A DNA stretch of 64,000 bases, from NCBI GenBank assembly GCA_965216315.1, contig CBDCFN010000016.1, forward strand, positions 1,792,001 through 1,856,000. Reading direction: 5' to 3'. Position numbers and translations under genes: made by a program. Below are positions 19,384 to 29,701 of the stretch, piece by piece. Numbering within the stretch: the first letter of the stretch is position 1; each line of letters opens with the position of its first letter. The notes under the pieces were generated by a model. It ran no database searches. It had not been told where the DNA came from and was given only the letters and a program-made list of their open reading frames with translations. Source of the stretch: a bacterium (GTDB lineage Bacteria > UBA10199 > 2-02-FULL-50-16 > JAJFLM01).

Positions 19384-19473
19384 TCTGTAAACAGTAGAGG
19401 CGGGGTGCGTCCGTCCTGGAAATTGTCATGAACACCACGGAAACAAAGACAACCAGTAGAGGGGGTAATTGCC

Positions 19474-22400
19474 ATGGCACCGCCTAGCGCCCTGGTCGCC
19501 CTGTTCGGCCCCCTCGCCCCGGTCCTTTTCACCACAGAAACGGCCGAAACCACCGCCGCCACGGATCCGATTGCCAAGGATTCGTCTTTCTTGGATCGAT
19601 ACCTTGAGGCAGCTAAATCCAAGCTTCTCATCGATCAGGCCCTCGGAACGCCCGGCAATACGTTCAGCCTGACGATTAAAAAATACAAAAATGACGGTTT
19701 CGCATACGACCAAGAAGCCGCGACTTTTTATGTCAACGAGGCCCAACACGCAGCCATGCAGGAGGATTTCAAATTAGCACGCCGCTATCTGCGCAAGGCT
19801 GAATCGCACAATAGCGGATTGATTGATAAAATGGTCTTGGGCGGCCTCATGAAAGACAGCGTTATTATGGGCGGTCTCTTCGAAAACAAACAAAAAGAGC
19901 TTGTCGCCGGCTGGATCAATACCGCCAAACAAAATATCCAAACCCTTGAACGTGAGTATTGCAAAGACCTGATCGATGAAGGCCGGAGTCACTTCCAGTC
20001 CGGCGATTATGCTAAGGCGCGCTCGGTATATACTGAGTCTATCGAACACGATTCACGTAATCTGGAGACACGCAAGCTCCGCATCGAAGCCAATCAGAAA
20101 TTACTCGCAGCGGATGAAGACGATCAAACGGCCAAGCTCGAGCTGGAACAGGATATGGCAATGGTCCAGGCCCTTGAGTTCGATACGGCCGCGGCCAGCA
20201 TCGACAAGATCGGCAAGGATTTAGCAAAGTTTCATGATGCCGACCTAAAAACGAAACAAGAAATGATCAGCGGTCTGGAAGCCATGGCGCAGCAGTATTC
20301 GATGCTGGGCACGGTCCAATTCGATAATAAGTCGGATACGAAGTTCGTTCGTAAAAAGTTAAGCGACTTGAGCGCCAAGACCTATCGCATACTCGAGGAC
20401 TTCAGCCAAGCCGACAAGGATCCGGCCATCAACGGCCTGGCCAAAACCTACCGTGGCCGGCGCTATCTCGCCAAAGGCAAGATCGATAAGGCGCTCAAAG
20501 TTTTTAAAGAACATCGCAGTGACAATATGGCGGCTGCCGGCTTCACCGACGAAGCGGCTTACACCGCTCACCTCGACAAGGCCGCGAGTGACGTCGAGGA
20601 GCTCTTCAAGGCCGGCAAAGCGGAAGAAGCGCAGAAGCTAATCGAGACGCTGCCGAATGCCGTCTTTGCCACCCATGGTATCATCAAACAGATCGAGACC
20701 GACAAATTGCGCCGATTAAACGTCTACGCCTTGGAGGCATGGCGTTCCTTCATCATCGAAGGGGAAGCTGTTGAATTCGACCAAGCCAAGGGTTGGGTCG
20801 CTTCTTTTGTCATGTTCGGAGAAACACTCGCCGGTAGCGAAACAATTGACGACCGTCTCGCGAAACGCTGGGGACTGGAAAAAGACCTTCACAGCGCCGT
20901 TACGAAAAAAATTGCCGACGGCGAATGCAATACAGTTAAAGAAGCACTTCTAGATATCAAAGCGAATGGGCCAGAAAAATTTCATGCCCGTTCTAAAGAA
21001 TTGCTCGACAATGAATTTCAGCATAGCAACGATGCCAGTTTTGTCCTCCCGCACATCATTGGCTATGCCTCGGCACTAAACTACGATGAAACGGCACCCA
21101 GCATTCTCGGCAACGTACGGCCGTCACAGTATCTGATGGACGAGGCCGCCCGTATCAATGACCAATTCATGGTCCCGAATACCCCGGGGGCCATCTATGC
21201 CATGATCCAGGCCAGTAACACCGATGAGTCCACCAAAGACGCTGCCGGTGATGCAATCGAAAAGCTGGACGACGCCAAGGGATTTAGTGATTCACTCGTC
21301 GCCTTCTGGCACTCGGAAAGCCTGACGAGTTTGGCCCTTGACATAGTAACCTTTAAAGCCGCAGCGCGCGTTGGCGCCAACGTATTTCTGAATACCGAAA
21401 AAGCGCTGCGAGCCGGCGGCTACAGTGCCCGGGCCACAATGTATCTGTCGGAGGGAGCCGGTCTCGTGGCGGAAAATACGATTCTCACGCCTGGCATGCT
21501 GGTCAAAGCCGGGGCTTTTACCGATACCCGCCGCGTCTATTCGCCGTCGCACATGGCCAAAGAATACGGCGCCAATCTCGTCATGTTATTTTGTACCAAG
21601 GGACTCGCTTCACGCGGAGCCGCGATGCTTCCGCGCGTCGCCCGCGCGGCCGGCTGGGTCGTTGAGGGAACAACGGAACTCAGCCGCTTTGGGAAACTGT
21701 TTACCTGGGCCGGGGGACACGCGATCGGCTTTCGCGGCATGCTCGCTTCCAGTGTGGCCAACCACTACCTCGGCCTGCGCCAGATGGCCTCCGACAACTT
21801 CGGTGGCGTCATCGCCGCGGAAATGTACAACTATGTTAAGTTTGCTGCGGCTCAACGCGCGATTGGATCCAAGGGTTCAAAAATCGAGCATCAAGTCGCG
21901 AGCCGGAAGGCCTCCCTTGAATCCCAGATGGCGGTTGAAAAGCTGGGCTACAAAGTCGTTGAGTATACGCCGCAAGGCGAAGCCGTCTTCAACGATGCGA
22001 CGGCTCAAAAACTTTATCATCAGTTCGCCTACAACCTGATTCAAAAGCCGGGCTTCAGCCCGGATAAGATGGCCAAGCTGGCACTCGAAGCTACCAAATC
22101 CGGCAACTATGCAAAGTTCAATAAATACTGCCAACGTTATGGACTCAGGGCCAAGGTCAACGAAAGCGCTCCCGACAAACCTGTCGAATCGCTCGAGCAA
22201 CCAACCTTTCATGAGCAATTAACGGCCAAGGACGAGGCAGCCCGACCGCTTCCTTTGCCGGAAGCAACGCGACAGTTTCTCGAAGCGGTCAAGGATAACC
22301 AAAACATCACCGTCCTCGACATCGCGGCAGATGGAAAAGTCACATACAAGACCCGGAGTTATTTGCTCCCTGATGTCTATACGGATACTGTTTCCACTTA

Positions 22401-23697
22401 TCTTCCCGGCATCGGTGAAGCGCAAGGTTATGCACCGGGATCGCTGCCGGCAGGTGCCCGTGTTGTAATGCCGGAGAAAAGCACTAATCCGCAGCTACCG
22501 CCGCAAGTTTTAAGACAGGCAAGACCCACCGAGACAAAAAACAAGGCCCCGGAAGGTACGATCGTCATGGATAAGCCCGGTAATGTAACGAATGAAGGAA
22601 CGGTTGTCATGGATAAGCCCGGCAACGTCACCAATAAGGGAACTGTTATCATAGACACGCCTGGCAAAGCGGCACTTGAAGCGGCGGGAGCAACACGTGT
22701 CGAAAAAGGACCCAACACGACCCAGCATGTGGATATCAGTCGCGAGACGACCCAACTGCATCATGCGCGCTATCGCCTCGCGCTGCTCGAAATAGAGAAC
22801 AGTTCCGTCGAACATGCGCCCTACTTTCTGCGCAAGGCCTTGCAGGATCTCGGACTCATGGCCGCCCAATCAACTCTCCCTGGTTCCACTAAGGCGCCCA
22901 TCACAATGAATTTAGTCCGCGCCATGAAAGGCGGGACCGAATATGTCGTCGGCGTCAATATCGGCCTGCCCAAGAACAATCGAGGGGCCAAAGCCGAGAT
23001 CTTGAGTACTCTCAAAAAGCATAATATCAACTACGACGCCGAATCCGGCACGATTGAAGTGCCGTTGACGGTCAGAGAAGTAGGAACGTCGGGCCCTATC
23101 AAAATAACCATCCCCTTTGAATTCGGCACCGATCACTATTCACAACCGGCCGCCCCACTCAGTCCGGTCGTCGCCGCCGCACTTGGCTATAAGTTGGCCT
23201 GGAATAATTCTCGTTATTGGACGGATACAAATCCGGCACTCGTCAGAATTCCGATTCTCGATGGCCAGAATATTTCCGTCTTTCAATTCAAGCCTGATTC
23301 GATCGAGATGAGAGGTCCCTTTAAGTCCTTGTCGGATAACGTCCGGAGCCAGGTCACCAACCAGGAAGCACAGACACGCACTGTCAACATGGTACAGGCC
23401 CTTCAGGCAGTCCATGAAAGCTTGCCCGCCGGTGACGGAAGGCGTCCCGTTATTCTGCGCACGGTTGCGGAACTCAATCGTTATCTAAGTGACAGTGGTT
23501 CAAGCGGTGTCAGCCTCTCTTATCTGTGGTCACGGATCAGTTACGGCATGCGCAAAGGAATGACCTTTAATCCGCATTTTCAAGGGCTTGCGGCACTGAA
23601 GCAATCGATTCGGACGGGCACTGAGCAGTCGGCCAAAGGACAGGAACTTCGCTATCAAAATGCCCCGGAAGACGCCAAGAAAGCCGTTGGTCAATAA
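19474..23697 (+). CDS. Giant multidomain protein B (TPR-like, hydrophobic core, Thr-repeat linker)
   Basis: 1407-aa ORF; TPR-like GRSHFQSGDYAKARSVYTESIEHD; N-half paralogous to C, C-end paralogous to an internal part of A. Confidence 0.85.
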   Translation: MAPPSALVALFGPLAPVLFTTETAETTAATDPIAKDSSFLDRYLEAAKSKLLIDQALGTPGNTFSLTIKKYKNDGFAYDQEAATFYVNEAQHAAMQEDFKLARRYLRKAESHNSGLIDKMVLGGLMKDSVIMGGLFENKQKELVAGWINTAKQNIQTLEREYCKDLIDEGRSHFQSGDYAKARSVYTESIEHDSRNLETRKLRIEANQKLLAADEDDQTAKLELEQDMAMVQALEFDTAAASIDKIGKDLAKFHDADLKTKQEMISGLEAMAQQYSMLGTVQFDNKSDTKFVRKKLSDLSAKTYRILEDFSQADKDPAINGLAKTYRGRRYLAKGKIDKALKVFKEHRSDNMAAAGFTDEAAYTAHLDKAASDVEELFKAGKAEEAQKLIETLPNAVFATHGIIKQIETDKLRRLNVYALEAWRSFIIEGEAVEFDQAKGWVASFVMFGETLAGSETIDDRLAKRWGLEKDLHSAVTKKIADGECNTVKEALLDIKANGPEKFHARSKELLDNEFQHSNDASFVLPHIIGYASALNYDETAPSILGNVRPSQYLMDEAARINDQFMVPNTPGAIYAMIQASNTDESTKDAAGDAIEKLDDAKGFSDSLVAFWHSESLTSLALDIVTFKAAARVGANVFLNTEKALRAGGYSARATMYLSEGAGLVAENTILTPGMLVKAGAFTDTRRVYSPSHMAKEYGANLVMLFCTKGLASRGAAMLPRVARAAGWVVEGTTELSRFGKLFTWAGGHAIGFRGMLASSVANHYLGLRQMASDNFGGVIAAEMYNYVKFAAAQRAIGSKGSKIEHQVASRKASLESQMAVEKLGYKVVEYTPQGEAVFNDATAQKLYHQFAYNLIQKPGFSPDKMAKLALEATKSGNYAKFNKYCQRYGLRAKVNESAPDKPVESLEQPTFHEQLTAKDEAARPLPLPEATRQFLEAVKDNQNITVLDIAADGKVTYKTRSYLLPDVYTDTVSTYLPGIGEAQGYAPGSLPAGARVVMPEKSTNPQLPPQVLRQARPTETKNKAPEGTIVMDKPGNVTNEGTVVMDKPGNVTNKGTVIIDTPGKAALEAAGATRVEKGPNTTQHVDISRETTQLHHARYRLALLEIENSSVEHAPYFLRKALQDLGLMAAQSTLPGSTKAPITMNLVRAMKGGTEYVVGVNIGLPKNNRGAKAEILSTLKKHNINYDAESGTIEVPLTVREVGTSGPIKITIPFEFGTDHYSQPAAPLSPVVAAALGYKLAWNNSRYWTDTNPALVRIPILDGQNISVFQFKPDSIEMRGPFKSLSDNVRSQVTNQEAQTRTVNMVQALQAVHESLPAGDGRRPVILRTVAELNRYLSDSGSSGVSLSYLWSRISYGMRKGMTFNPHFQGLAALKQSIRTGTEQSAKGQELRYQNAPEDAKKAVGQ
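22552..22668 (+). repeat. 42-bp (14-aa) tandem repeat, about 2.8 copies, in gene B
   Basis: EGTIVMDKPGNVTN / EGTVVMDKPGNVTN / KGTVIIDTPGK. Confidence 0.85.
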
Positions 23698-24323
23698 GAA
23701 GTAAATAGCGCCCGCAACCGCGCTATAAAATTAGGCTCGACCGCCTCAAGCAGCTCCGTATCTAAGGCCTGTGCGGCCATGATTGACAGGCTAACAACCC
23801 GCGACCGCGTCTCCGACCGCAATTGCGTCACACTCAACTGATTCACAATCATCGTGGCCAGTCTCATCGTCTCCCGATACGCATCCCCCTCTTTTGTTCC
23901 TGAATCATCTAAACGCGTCTGATGAAACTGTAACCCACGGACTTGTGATTGCAATTCACTTATACGCTGAGTTAATTGCTGTCGTGTCCTAAAATCTAAT
24001 TGGGGGACCTGTGCGGCAGCAAAGAGAGTAGCAATCTGTTCAAGAACATCGGGAAGATCCGTCAACAAGGCGGTCGCATGCGCTACCGCACCATGATCCT
24101 GATTGATAACAATGATGGGATCGCTATGCAACTGGACGACAGGCGCTAAAGCCAGTGACTTGGCACTTGATGACGGCGTGCTTTGCTGCGATTTGATTGG
24201 CCGCGCGGGAAGACTCTCCTGAGATCCGCTGGGATAAACGCCCGTTCCGTGAGGTGGCGTGTTCGAGGCTGCCAGTAAAGTTGGTAGCATTCCCAGATTG
24301 ATCGAAAAGGCGCCTGTTAGCAT
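23691..24323 (-). CDS. Hypothetical helical protein (flagellin-like segment)
   Basis: 210-aa ORF preceded by GCAAC-N15-GCCGATTT. Confidence 0.55.
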   Translation of the reverse strand: MLTGAFSINLGMLPTLLAASNTPPHGTGVYPSGSQESLPARPIKSQQSTPSSSAKSLALAPVVQLHSDPIIVINQDHGAVAHATALLTDLPDVLEQIATLFAAAQVPQLDFRTRQQLTQRISELQSQVRGLQFHQTRLDDSGTKEGDAYRETMRLATMIVNQLSVTQLRSETRSRVVSLSIMAAQALDTELLEAVEPNFIARLRALFTSY

Positions 24324-24521
24324 CGTGCCGCTAAATCGGCGCTCCGACTCCGAAAGTTGCGGTCCGTCGCCGCGGACGCCATTAAAAAGAGCTTACTTGT
24401 GTATACAGCGACAAGCAAATCTCACAAGTTGTGCTGACATTGAGCGCGCAAGTTGTGCGCTCACGCATCAGGCCTTTTCATTTAATTAAATGATTTTAAT
24501 AAGTTAAAGGCTCCCTCCTCT

Positions 24522-24537
24522 TGGCACGACCGTTGCA
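24522..24537 (+). promoter_or_regulatory. sigma54 promoter of giant gene C
   Basis: TGGCACGACCGTTGCA, a consensus match; gaggag RBS then ATG at 24563. Confidence 0.8.
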
Positions 24538-24562
24538 ATTGTATTGGGCACGAGGAGTGACC

Positions 24563-27500
24563 ATGACGATCGGACTTTTATTAACCCAACTTCCCGGCCT
24601 TTTAGCAAGCATCGGCAGCGGCTCTCGCCTTGATAACGCTGACTCCCCGGACAGCGCTCAGGCGGGAGCCCCTGCCCCCTTGCCCTACGCCGCGCCGCCG
24701 CCGGCAAAAAAAACGCCGTCTGCTCATACTTCGGTTTTCGGTCCCCTCCCGACCGATCTTAGCGACCCAAGCGACACCCATATCATCGCGGGCCGTAAAG
24801 CCTACACCAGCGGGGACTACGAAAAAGCCCACGCCGCTTACTCCAAGCGCATTCAACTCAAGTCACGTGACGTACTGGCCCGCCGTCTACGCATCGAGAC
24901 GAGTCAAAAATTACTGAGTAAAAATAAAAAGAAATTTAATCCGAGTCAGGCAACAGATGCGGAGAAAAAATCATTCCAAGACAAACAGCAACAACTACAG
25001 CGATGCATTCTTGCCGATTCGGCCATGGTCATGGCCATCGAAACCCCTCATGCAAAAAAGAAGCTTAAAGCGATGACCGCGCAACTCAAGAAGGCCCATG
25101 ACCTTCCCACTCCACAAAAGAAGCAAATTATTAAAGCCATCGAAGGGATGGCCCAAGAGTACCTGCTTCTCGGCTCGGTTCCCTATTCAAACGGACAGGA
25201 TGCCGCGTTCGTACGCAAACAACTCAGCGATCTTGCTAGTGATTGTTTTACAGTCCTGCGTGATTTTTGCACAGCTGATTCTGATACCAAAATTCAGGCT
25301 CGTGGAAAGTTGTACGACGGCTACAAATCCCTTGCCGAAGGAAAAGTCAAAGACGCCGTCACTCAATTTAAAAAGATCCAGCAGACGGCATTCAATACGT
25401 TTAATGTCTCTACCCATGAAGAATTAGCAAAATATATTGAAGATATTAAAAAAGATATTCGCGCTGCCGAAGCCAATGGCAAGCCAAAGGAAGCCCAGGA
25501 ACTTCGTAACCTCATCCCCGTAGGGGCCATTGAAGCGAGCACTATCGTTAATCGCATTGAAACGAAGCGACTTATGCAAATAAACCTCCATGCCCTCGAC
25601 GCCTGGAAGTCCTATATCGAAGAAGGCTCTGCGGTCGAAGCCAATGAAACCAACGGTTGGATCGGTCAAGGCATTCAATTTATCCAACTCGTCGGTCAAG
25701 ATCTCGGTATTAGCAAGGGAACAATTCAAGATAACCAAGCCAAGTACTGGAACCGTGAGAAACGCCTCGTCGGCACGATTCAAAAAATGCTCGTGCGCGG
25801 CGATTGCACGACAATCCAGGCGGCCTTACAAAAGATCCAGAGCAACGGTCCAGCAGAGTTCAAACCGCGTGCGACTCAATTACTCAGAGAGCAGCACCAA
25901 AATACGGTCCCGGGTGTCCGTCCCGATGCCGGCTATGCCTTGCCCCATCTTATTTCCTATACGTCAACACTGACGCCAACACCGGCGATGGCACAAAAGC
26001 TGGTTGAGGACACGATACGTTTTGACACCCAGCACATGGCCGTCAAAACGCCCGCTCATATTTTCTCGCTCGTCGCAGCAACAACTCAGGATACCGATTC
26101 TAAAAAGCTGGCCCGGCAACGCTTTGATCTCCTGCAGAAAGAAAAAGGGGTGGGTGACGTCATCGGCAGCATCATCGCCTCCGAATCGGGTCCCATGTTG
26201 GCATTTGACATTCTAACCTTTCGGGCTGCCGGCAAGGTCGGACTCAAAGCGACCGCCCGCGCCGGCACCGTACTTGGTAAAGCGGGTATTAAAGGCCGAC
26301 GCGGTGTCGTCCTCAGTCGTGCTGCCGGAATCAGCGCTGAGTCGGCGGCATTCTGGGGCATCGGCGCCGCCCGCGAAGGCGCACTTCACAATACGAGTCA
26401 GGTTTATACCGCCGAACATCTCGCCAAAAATTTCGGCGCGGACCTGATCATGATGACCTTTCTTAAAGGCGTGGTTCCCGGACTCAACCAACTCAGCTAC
26501 CGTGGAGTACGTGTGCTCGGGATGACGACCAGGGGCGGACTCGAACTGACTCGTGCCGGCAAAATATTGGCATGGGCCAGCGGTCACACGGCCGGAGTCG
26601 GCGGTATGTTCGCAGCCGGTCAAACCAGCGATTATTTGGGCCTCCGTGCCGCCCCCGCGGAAAGCTGGAGGGCGTCACTCGCCGTGGACGTCTATCAATA
26701 TATTAAATTCGCCGTCGCGCAAAAAGCCCTGACCGGTAAAAGTGCCGCTGCCGATCGCAAACTGCAGACGAAAATCGCACTTCAGGAATCATCGATGATG
26801 AGCGAGCAGGCCCTCGCCTCGCTCGGATATAAAGCTGCTTCTCGAGGGGAATTTGGGCAACCGCAGTACACTGATCCGGCCATCCAAAACCTTCATGGCA
26901 AGCTCGTTCGCTATTCCATCCAGGCTCAGGGCTTTAGTCCGGCGAAGCTCGCTCGCTACATCAAGCGGGGCCAACACTTGCAAGCGCAACGTTATGCGAA
27001 CGATTTTGGGCTTATTACCGAATGGAGCCGCACGGGCAAGACAAAGCAAATGACTGGCATTCGTGCCATGGAACTCCATGAAATTTTAGCGAAACGGGAT
27101 GCGCAGCAGCAGAAGAGTCCCATGCGCCAATTTATCGACGAGACACAAAAAATGCGGCGCGTGGCGGGCACGGCAGGATCCGTCCTCATTGCACTTCCTG
27201 CTACACCGGCCACAGAGCTCCCTTCAGGCAAAGCCAATGCAACGGAACCGCCTGCAAAGCGTTTTCAGCCCCCGAAAATCCCTCAAGCCAAGCCAACCAA
27301 GACAAAGGCCTCCTTCACTCCAGGATCGGAAGCCTTCGGCTCCGATGCCTTGCGATTCCTCGCGGAACGCGGCGGACTCAGCTTTATGGCCAATAGTCCG
27401 AAGGCCATTGTGGATTTCTTACGCAGCACCTATGGAGAGGCGCGCTTTCAACGGATTGAGTTCCTTTTTTCCGATAGTTCGCTCTCAAGAGCTCGCATCA

Positions 27501-29701
27501 ACAAGATCCGGGCCCGCGTCGCGGCCAAAGCCGGGGGCCAATATAAAAATGTCAACGAGCTACGCCGGATTATCGACATGGTACTCAAAGAAGACGGTAT
27601 TGATCTCAACGCCTGGAAAAAGGAAAAAGGACAGCAATTTGAAAAGAACGGGAATGCCTTTGACAAGCAAAAACTAGACACCGTCCATAAGGACGCCCTC
27701 GAAGGTGTTCTGCTGATTCAGCTCATGCCTGATAACGTTCCGCTTTATCGCTCGATAGAAACAGCCCACGCGGGCAAAGCCAGCAAGATAGGTTCATCCT
27801 ATTGGGGCGTTGGTGACAACGGCATGAAGGTCGCCTCCAGTTACGCGACTCCGCAACGTATCTTTATCAAGACAACACTCGGTGAAATGCGAAAACGCGG
27901 CATCGTTCGAAGCGATGAGATGGCGGTGACAGGCAATGCATTGGAACTCTATCATGCAGAATATAAAGAGAGTTGGGCAACTGTAAGCTTTGAGGTCGTT
28001 GGACCGAAACGCGTCGAGTATCCAGCACGCATTCAAGATTTCATCAAGCAATACACGAGAGGGTACTTCGAAGAAGTGACAGGTCGCATCATCCCGGGAC
28101 CGGATCCAAAACCGCTTATTGAACTGATCAATAAAATAGGCACTCGAAAACTTGATTCTATCCTCAAAGCGATTGAAAGCAATCCCCAAGCCCACGCTAA
28201 TTTAGACGTGCTCTTAGGGAAAGCCACCGACCCCAACCGCCCCAATCGCCACGTCGCCGATTTTCTTCAACAGGCCTCAGTCGACCAAATCCTTCTTCTC
28301 GTTAGATATAACAAGACGCGCGCCGTTGTCTCGGTCATGGGCAACAAAGGTTATCTCGACATGCTTGGCGGTGATCCTGCGTCACATGTCACACGCATCG
28401 AGAAAATTACCGACCCAGGAGTGCGCAATTTATTGCTGGCTCTCACGGCACAACGTGAGTTTCAGCTCCGCAAAAAGGATCCGAGCCGCAAGAGTAAGGC
28501 CGGTCTCGAACTGCTACTCGCCTTTGGTATCGATCCGTCAACCCACAAAGTCTTTCCATGGAACAGCTCTGATGTCATGGACCGTGCCTCTCTCTATTTT
28601 CGAGTCAAGGCGGAACGCGCAAGCTTCCAGGCCCAACTCGCTAAGGCGATACCGGACAAGCCGGCAGCCGTAGAAAAACTCGTAACTGACATCTGGAAGC
28701 TGATTAAGATACAAGACGTCAAAGATACGCATCTCCCTTTTACGCCTCACGGCTGGAAGCACACCTTTGATGTCGCTAAATTGCAGCGCAAGATCTATCG
28801 AGATTCACCCGCCTTGCGCAAGGCGCTTATCAGTCAATATGGATCTGAAGCGAAGGCCCTGGCCGTCTTGGACCTCGTCGCCTTGATGCACGATGTCGGT
28901 TACGGCGCCCTCAAAGAGGGTGAGTCAAAGGGCCGCCACGCCATACGCAGCGGAGAGCTCTTTCAGGCACAGATCGCTAAGCACGCCAAGAGAACTCTGG
29001 GCCTTAGCGACAAGCAGGTGAAGGATATCTTCTTGGCTATCGAGCGTCACGGCGCCGACAAAAAAGGCAAACCCGGTTATATGGAAGCGAGTCTGGATAA
29101 CCCGCTCCTCTTCGTGATTCGTCTCGCCGACAACCTAGATTCCAGTATCAACAGGTTGCGCAAAATTCAGACCAATCCTATTTTCATTGAAGCAATGAGA
29201 GAAATGAATACCCTTGAGTCCAAACCTGAACTCATGAATGATACCAATGCGATGAAAAAGGCTGAAACTCAAATAAAAGAGAGATATTACACGCGGCTCC
29301 AATCTAAACTACCTGAAAGCGATGCGGCCTTAGCCATCGAACTCCTCCAAAAGATGAATCATACGAGCTGGCCGCATTTCAAGGGCTGTGAAAAAGTCTC
29401 AGATGTCCTCATCCAGGAAGTCAACGGTCAACTAGTCGTCAACTTTCGGATTGCGGGATATGCTAACTCCGGCATCGTTAAAGAAAAGGCCACTGGCGGC
29501 ACGCTACATGTTGAAAGTTCGCAATATCAATTATGGCGTGCCTATACGGCTTCCCAATCTTTGGACTATAATGGCAAAGCTCTAAAATTTAGATATCAGG
29601 AACTTCTCGAAGGAGACCCGCGTGATGGCGGTGTTCCGCAAGATTTGAGAGCAGGCCCTCAATCCTATGCCCCTCCTCCGCTCAAGGCTGTCAGCGACTA
29701 G
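24563..29701 (+). CDS. Giant multidomain protein C (TPR-like, hydrophobic core, ART-like segment, C-terminal HD domain)
   Basis: Long ORF; start reassigned to ATG 24563 (RBS gaggag, downstream of the promoter); HD motifs nearly identical to A. Confidence 0.85.
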   Translation: MTIGLLLTQLPGLLASIGSGSRLDNADSPDSAQAGAPAPLPYAAPPPAKKTPSAHTSVFGPLPTDLSDPSDTHIIAGRKAYTSGDYEKAHAAYSKRIQLKSRDVLARRLRIETSQKLLSKNKKKFNPSQATDAEKKSFQDKQQQLQRCILADSAMVMAIETPHAKKKLKAMTAQLKKAHDLPTPQKKQIIKAIEGMAQEYLLLGSVPYSNGQDAAFVRKQLSDLASDCFTVLRDFCTADSDTKIQARGKLYDGYKSLAEGKVKDAVTQFKKIQQTAFNTFNVSTHEELAKYIEDIKKDIRAAEANGKPKEAQELRNLIPVGAIEASTIVNRIETKRLMQINLHALDAWKSYIEEGSAVEANETNGWIGQGIQFIQLVGQDLGISKGTIQDNQAKYWNREKRLVGTIQKMLVRGDCTTIQAALQKIQSNGPAEFKPRATQLLREQHQNTVPGVRPDAGYALPHLISYTSTLTPTPAMAQKLVEDTIRFDTQHMAVKTPAHIFSLVAATTQDTDSKKLARQRFDLLQKEKGVGDVIGSIIASESGPMLAFDILTFRAAGKVGLKATARAGTVLGKAGIKGRRGVVLSRAAGISAESAAFWGIGAAREGALHNTSQVYTAEHLAKNFGADLIMMTFLKGVVPGLNQLSYRGVRVLGMTTRGGLELTRAGKILAWASGHTAGVGGMFAAGQTSDYLGLRAAPAESWRASLAVDVYQYIKFAVAQKALTGKSAAADRKLQTKIALQESSMMSEQALASLGYKAASRGEFGQPQYTDPAIQNLHGKLVRYSIQAQGFSPAKLARYIKRGQHLQAQRYANDFGLITEWSRTGKTKQMTGIRAMELHEILAKRDAQQQKSPMRQFIDETQKMRRVAGTAGSVLIALPATPATELPSGKANATEPPAKRFQPPKIPQAKPTKTKASFTPGSEAFGSDALRFLAERGGLSFMANSPKAIVDFLRSTYGEARFQRIEFLFSDSSLSRARINKIRARVAAKAGGQYKNVNELRRIIDMVLKEDGIDLNAWKKEKGQQFEKNGNAFDKQKLDTVHKDALEGVLLIQLMPDNVPLYRSIETAHAGKASKIGSSYWGVGDNGMKVASSYATPQRIFIKTTLGEMRKRGIVRSDEMAVTGNALELYHAEYKESWATVSFEVVGPKRVEYPARIQDFIKQYTRGYFEEVTGRIIPGPDPKPLIELINKIGTRKLDSILKAIESNPQAHANLDVLLGKATDPNRPNRHVADFLQQASVDQILLLVRYNKTRAVVSVMGNKGYLDMLGGDPASHVTRIEKITDPGVRNLLLALTAQREFQLRKKDPSRKSKAGLELLLAFGIDPSTHKVFPWNSSDVMDRASLYFRVKAERASFQAQLAKAIPDKPAAVEKLVTDIWKLIKIQDVKDTHLPFTPHGWKHTFDVAKLQRKIYRDSPALRKALISQYGSEAKALAVLDLVALMHDVGYGALKEGESKGRHAIRSGELFQAQIAKHAKRTLGLSDKQVKDIFLAIERHGADKKGKPGYMEASLDNPLLFVIRLADNLDSSINRLRKIQTNPIFIEAMREMNTLESKPELMNDTNAMKKAETQIKERYYTRLQSKLPESDAALAIELLQKMNHTSWPHFKGCEKVSDVLIQEVNGQLVVNFRIAGYANSGIVKEKATGGTLHVESSQYQLWRAYTASQSLDYNGKALKFRYQELLEGDPRDGGVPQDLRAGPQSYAPPPLKAVSD

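Noticed and set aside
24521..24562. TTG start of giant gene C in the ORF track
   Set aside because: It overlaps the sigma54 site; ATG 24563 has a good RBS
13165..28762. Many short antisense or alternate-frame ORFs inside the giant genes (likewise in nuo, hemL, metG)
   Set aside because: Shadow ORFs of long coding regions without recognisable motifs
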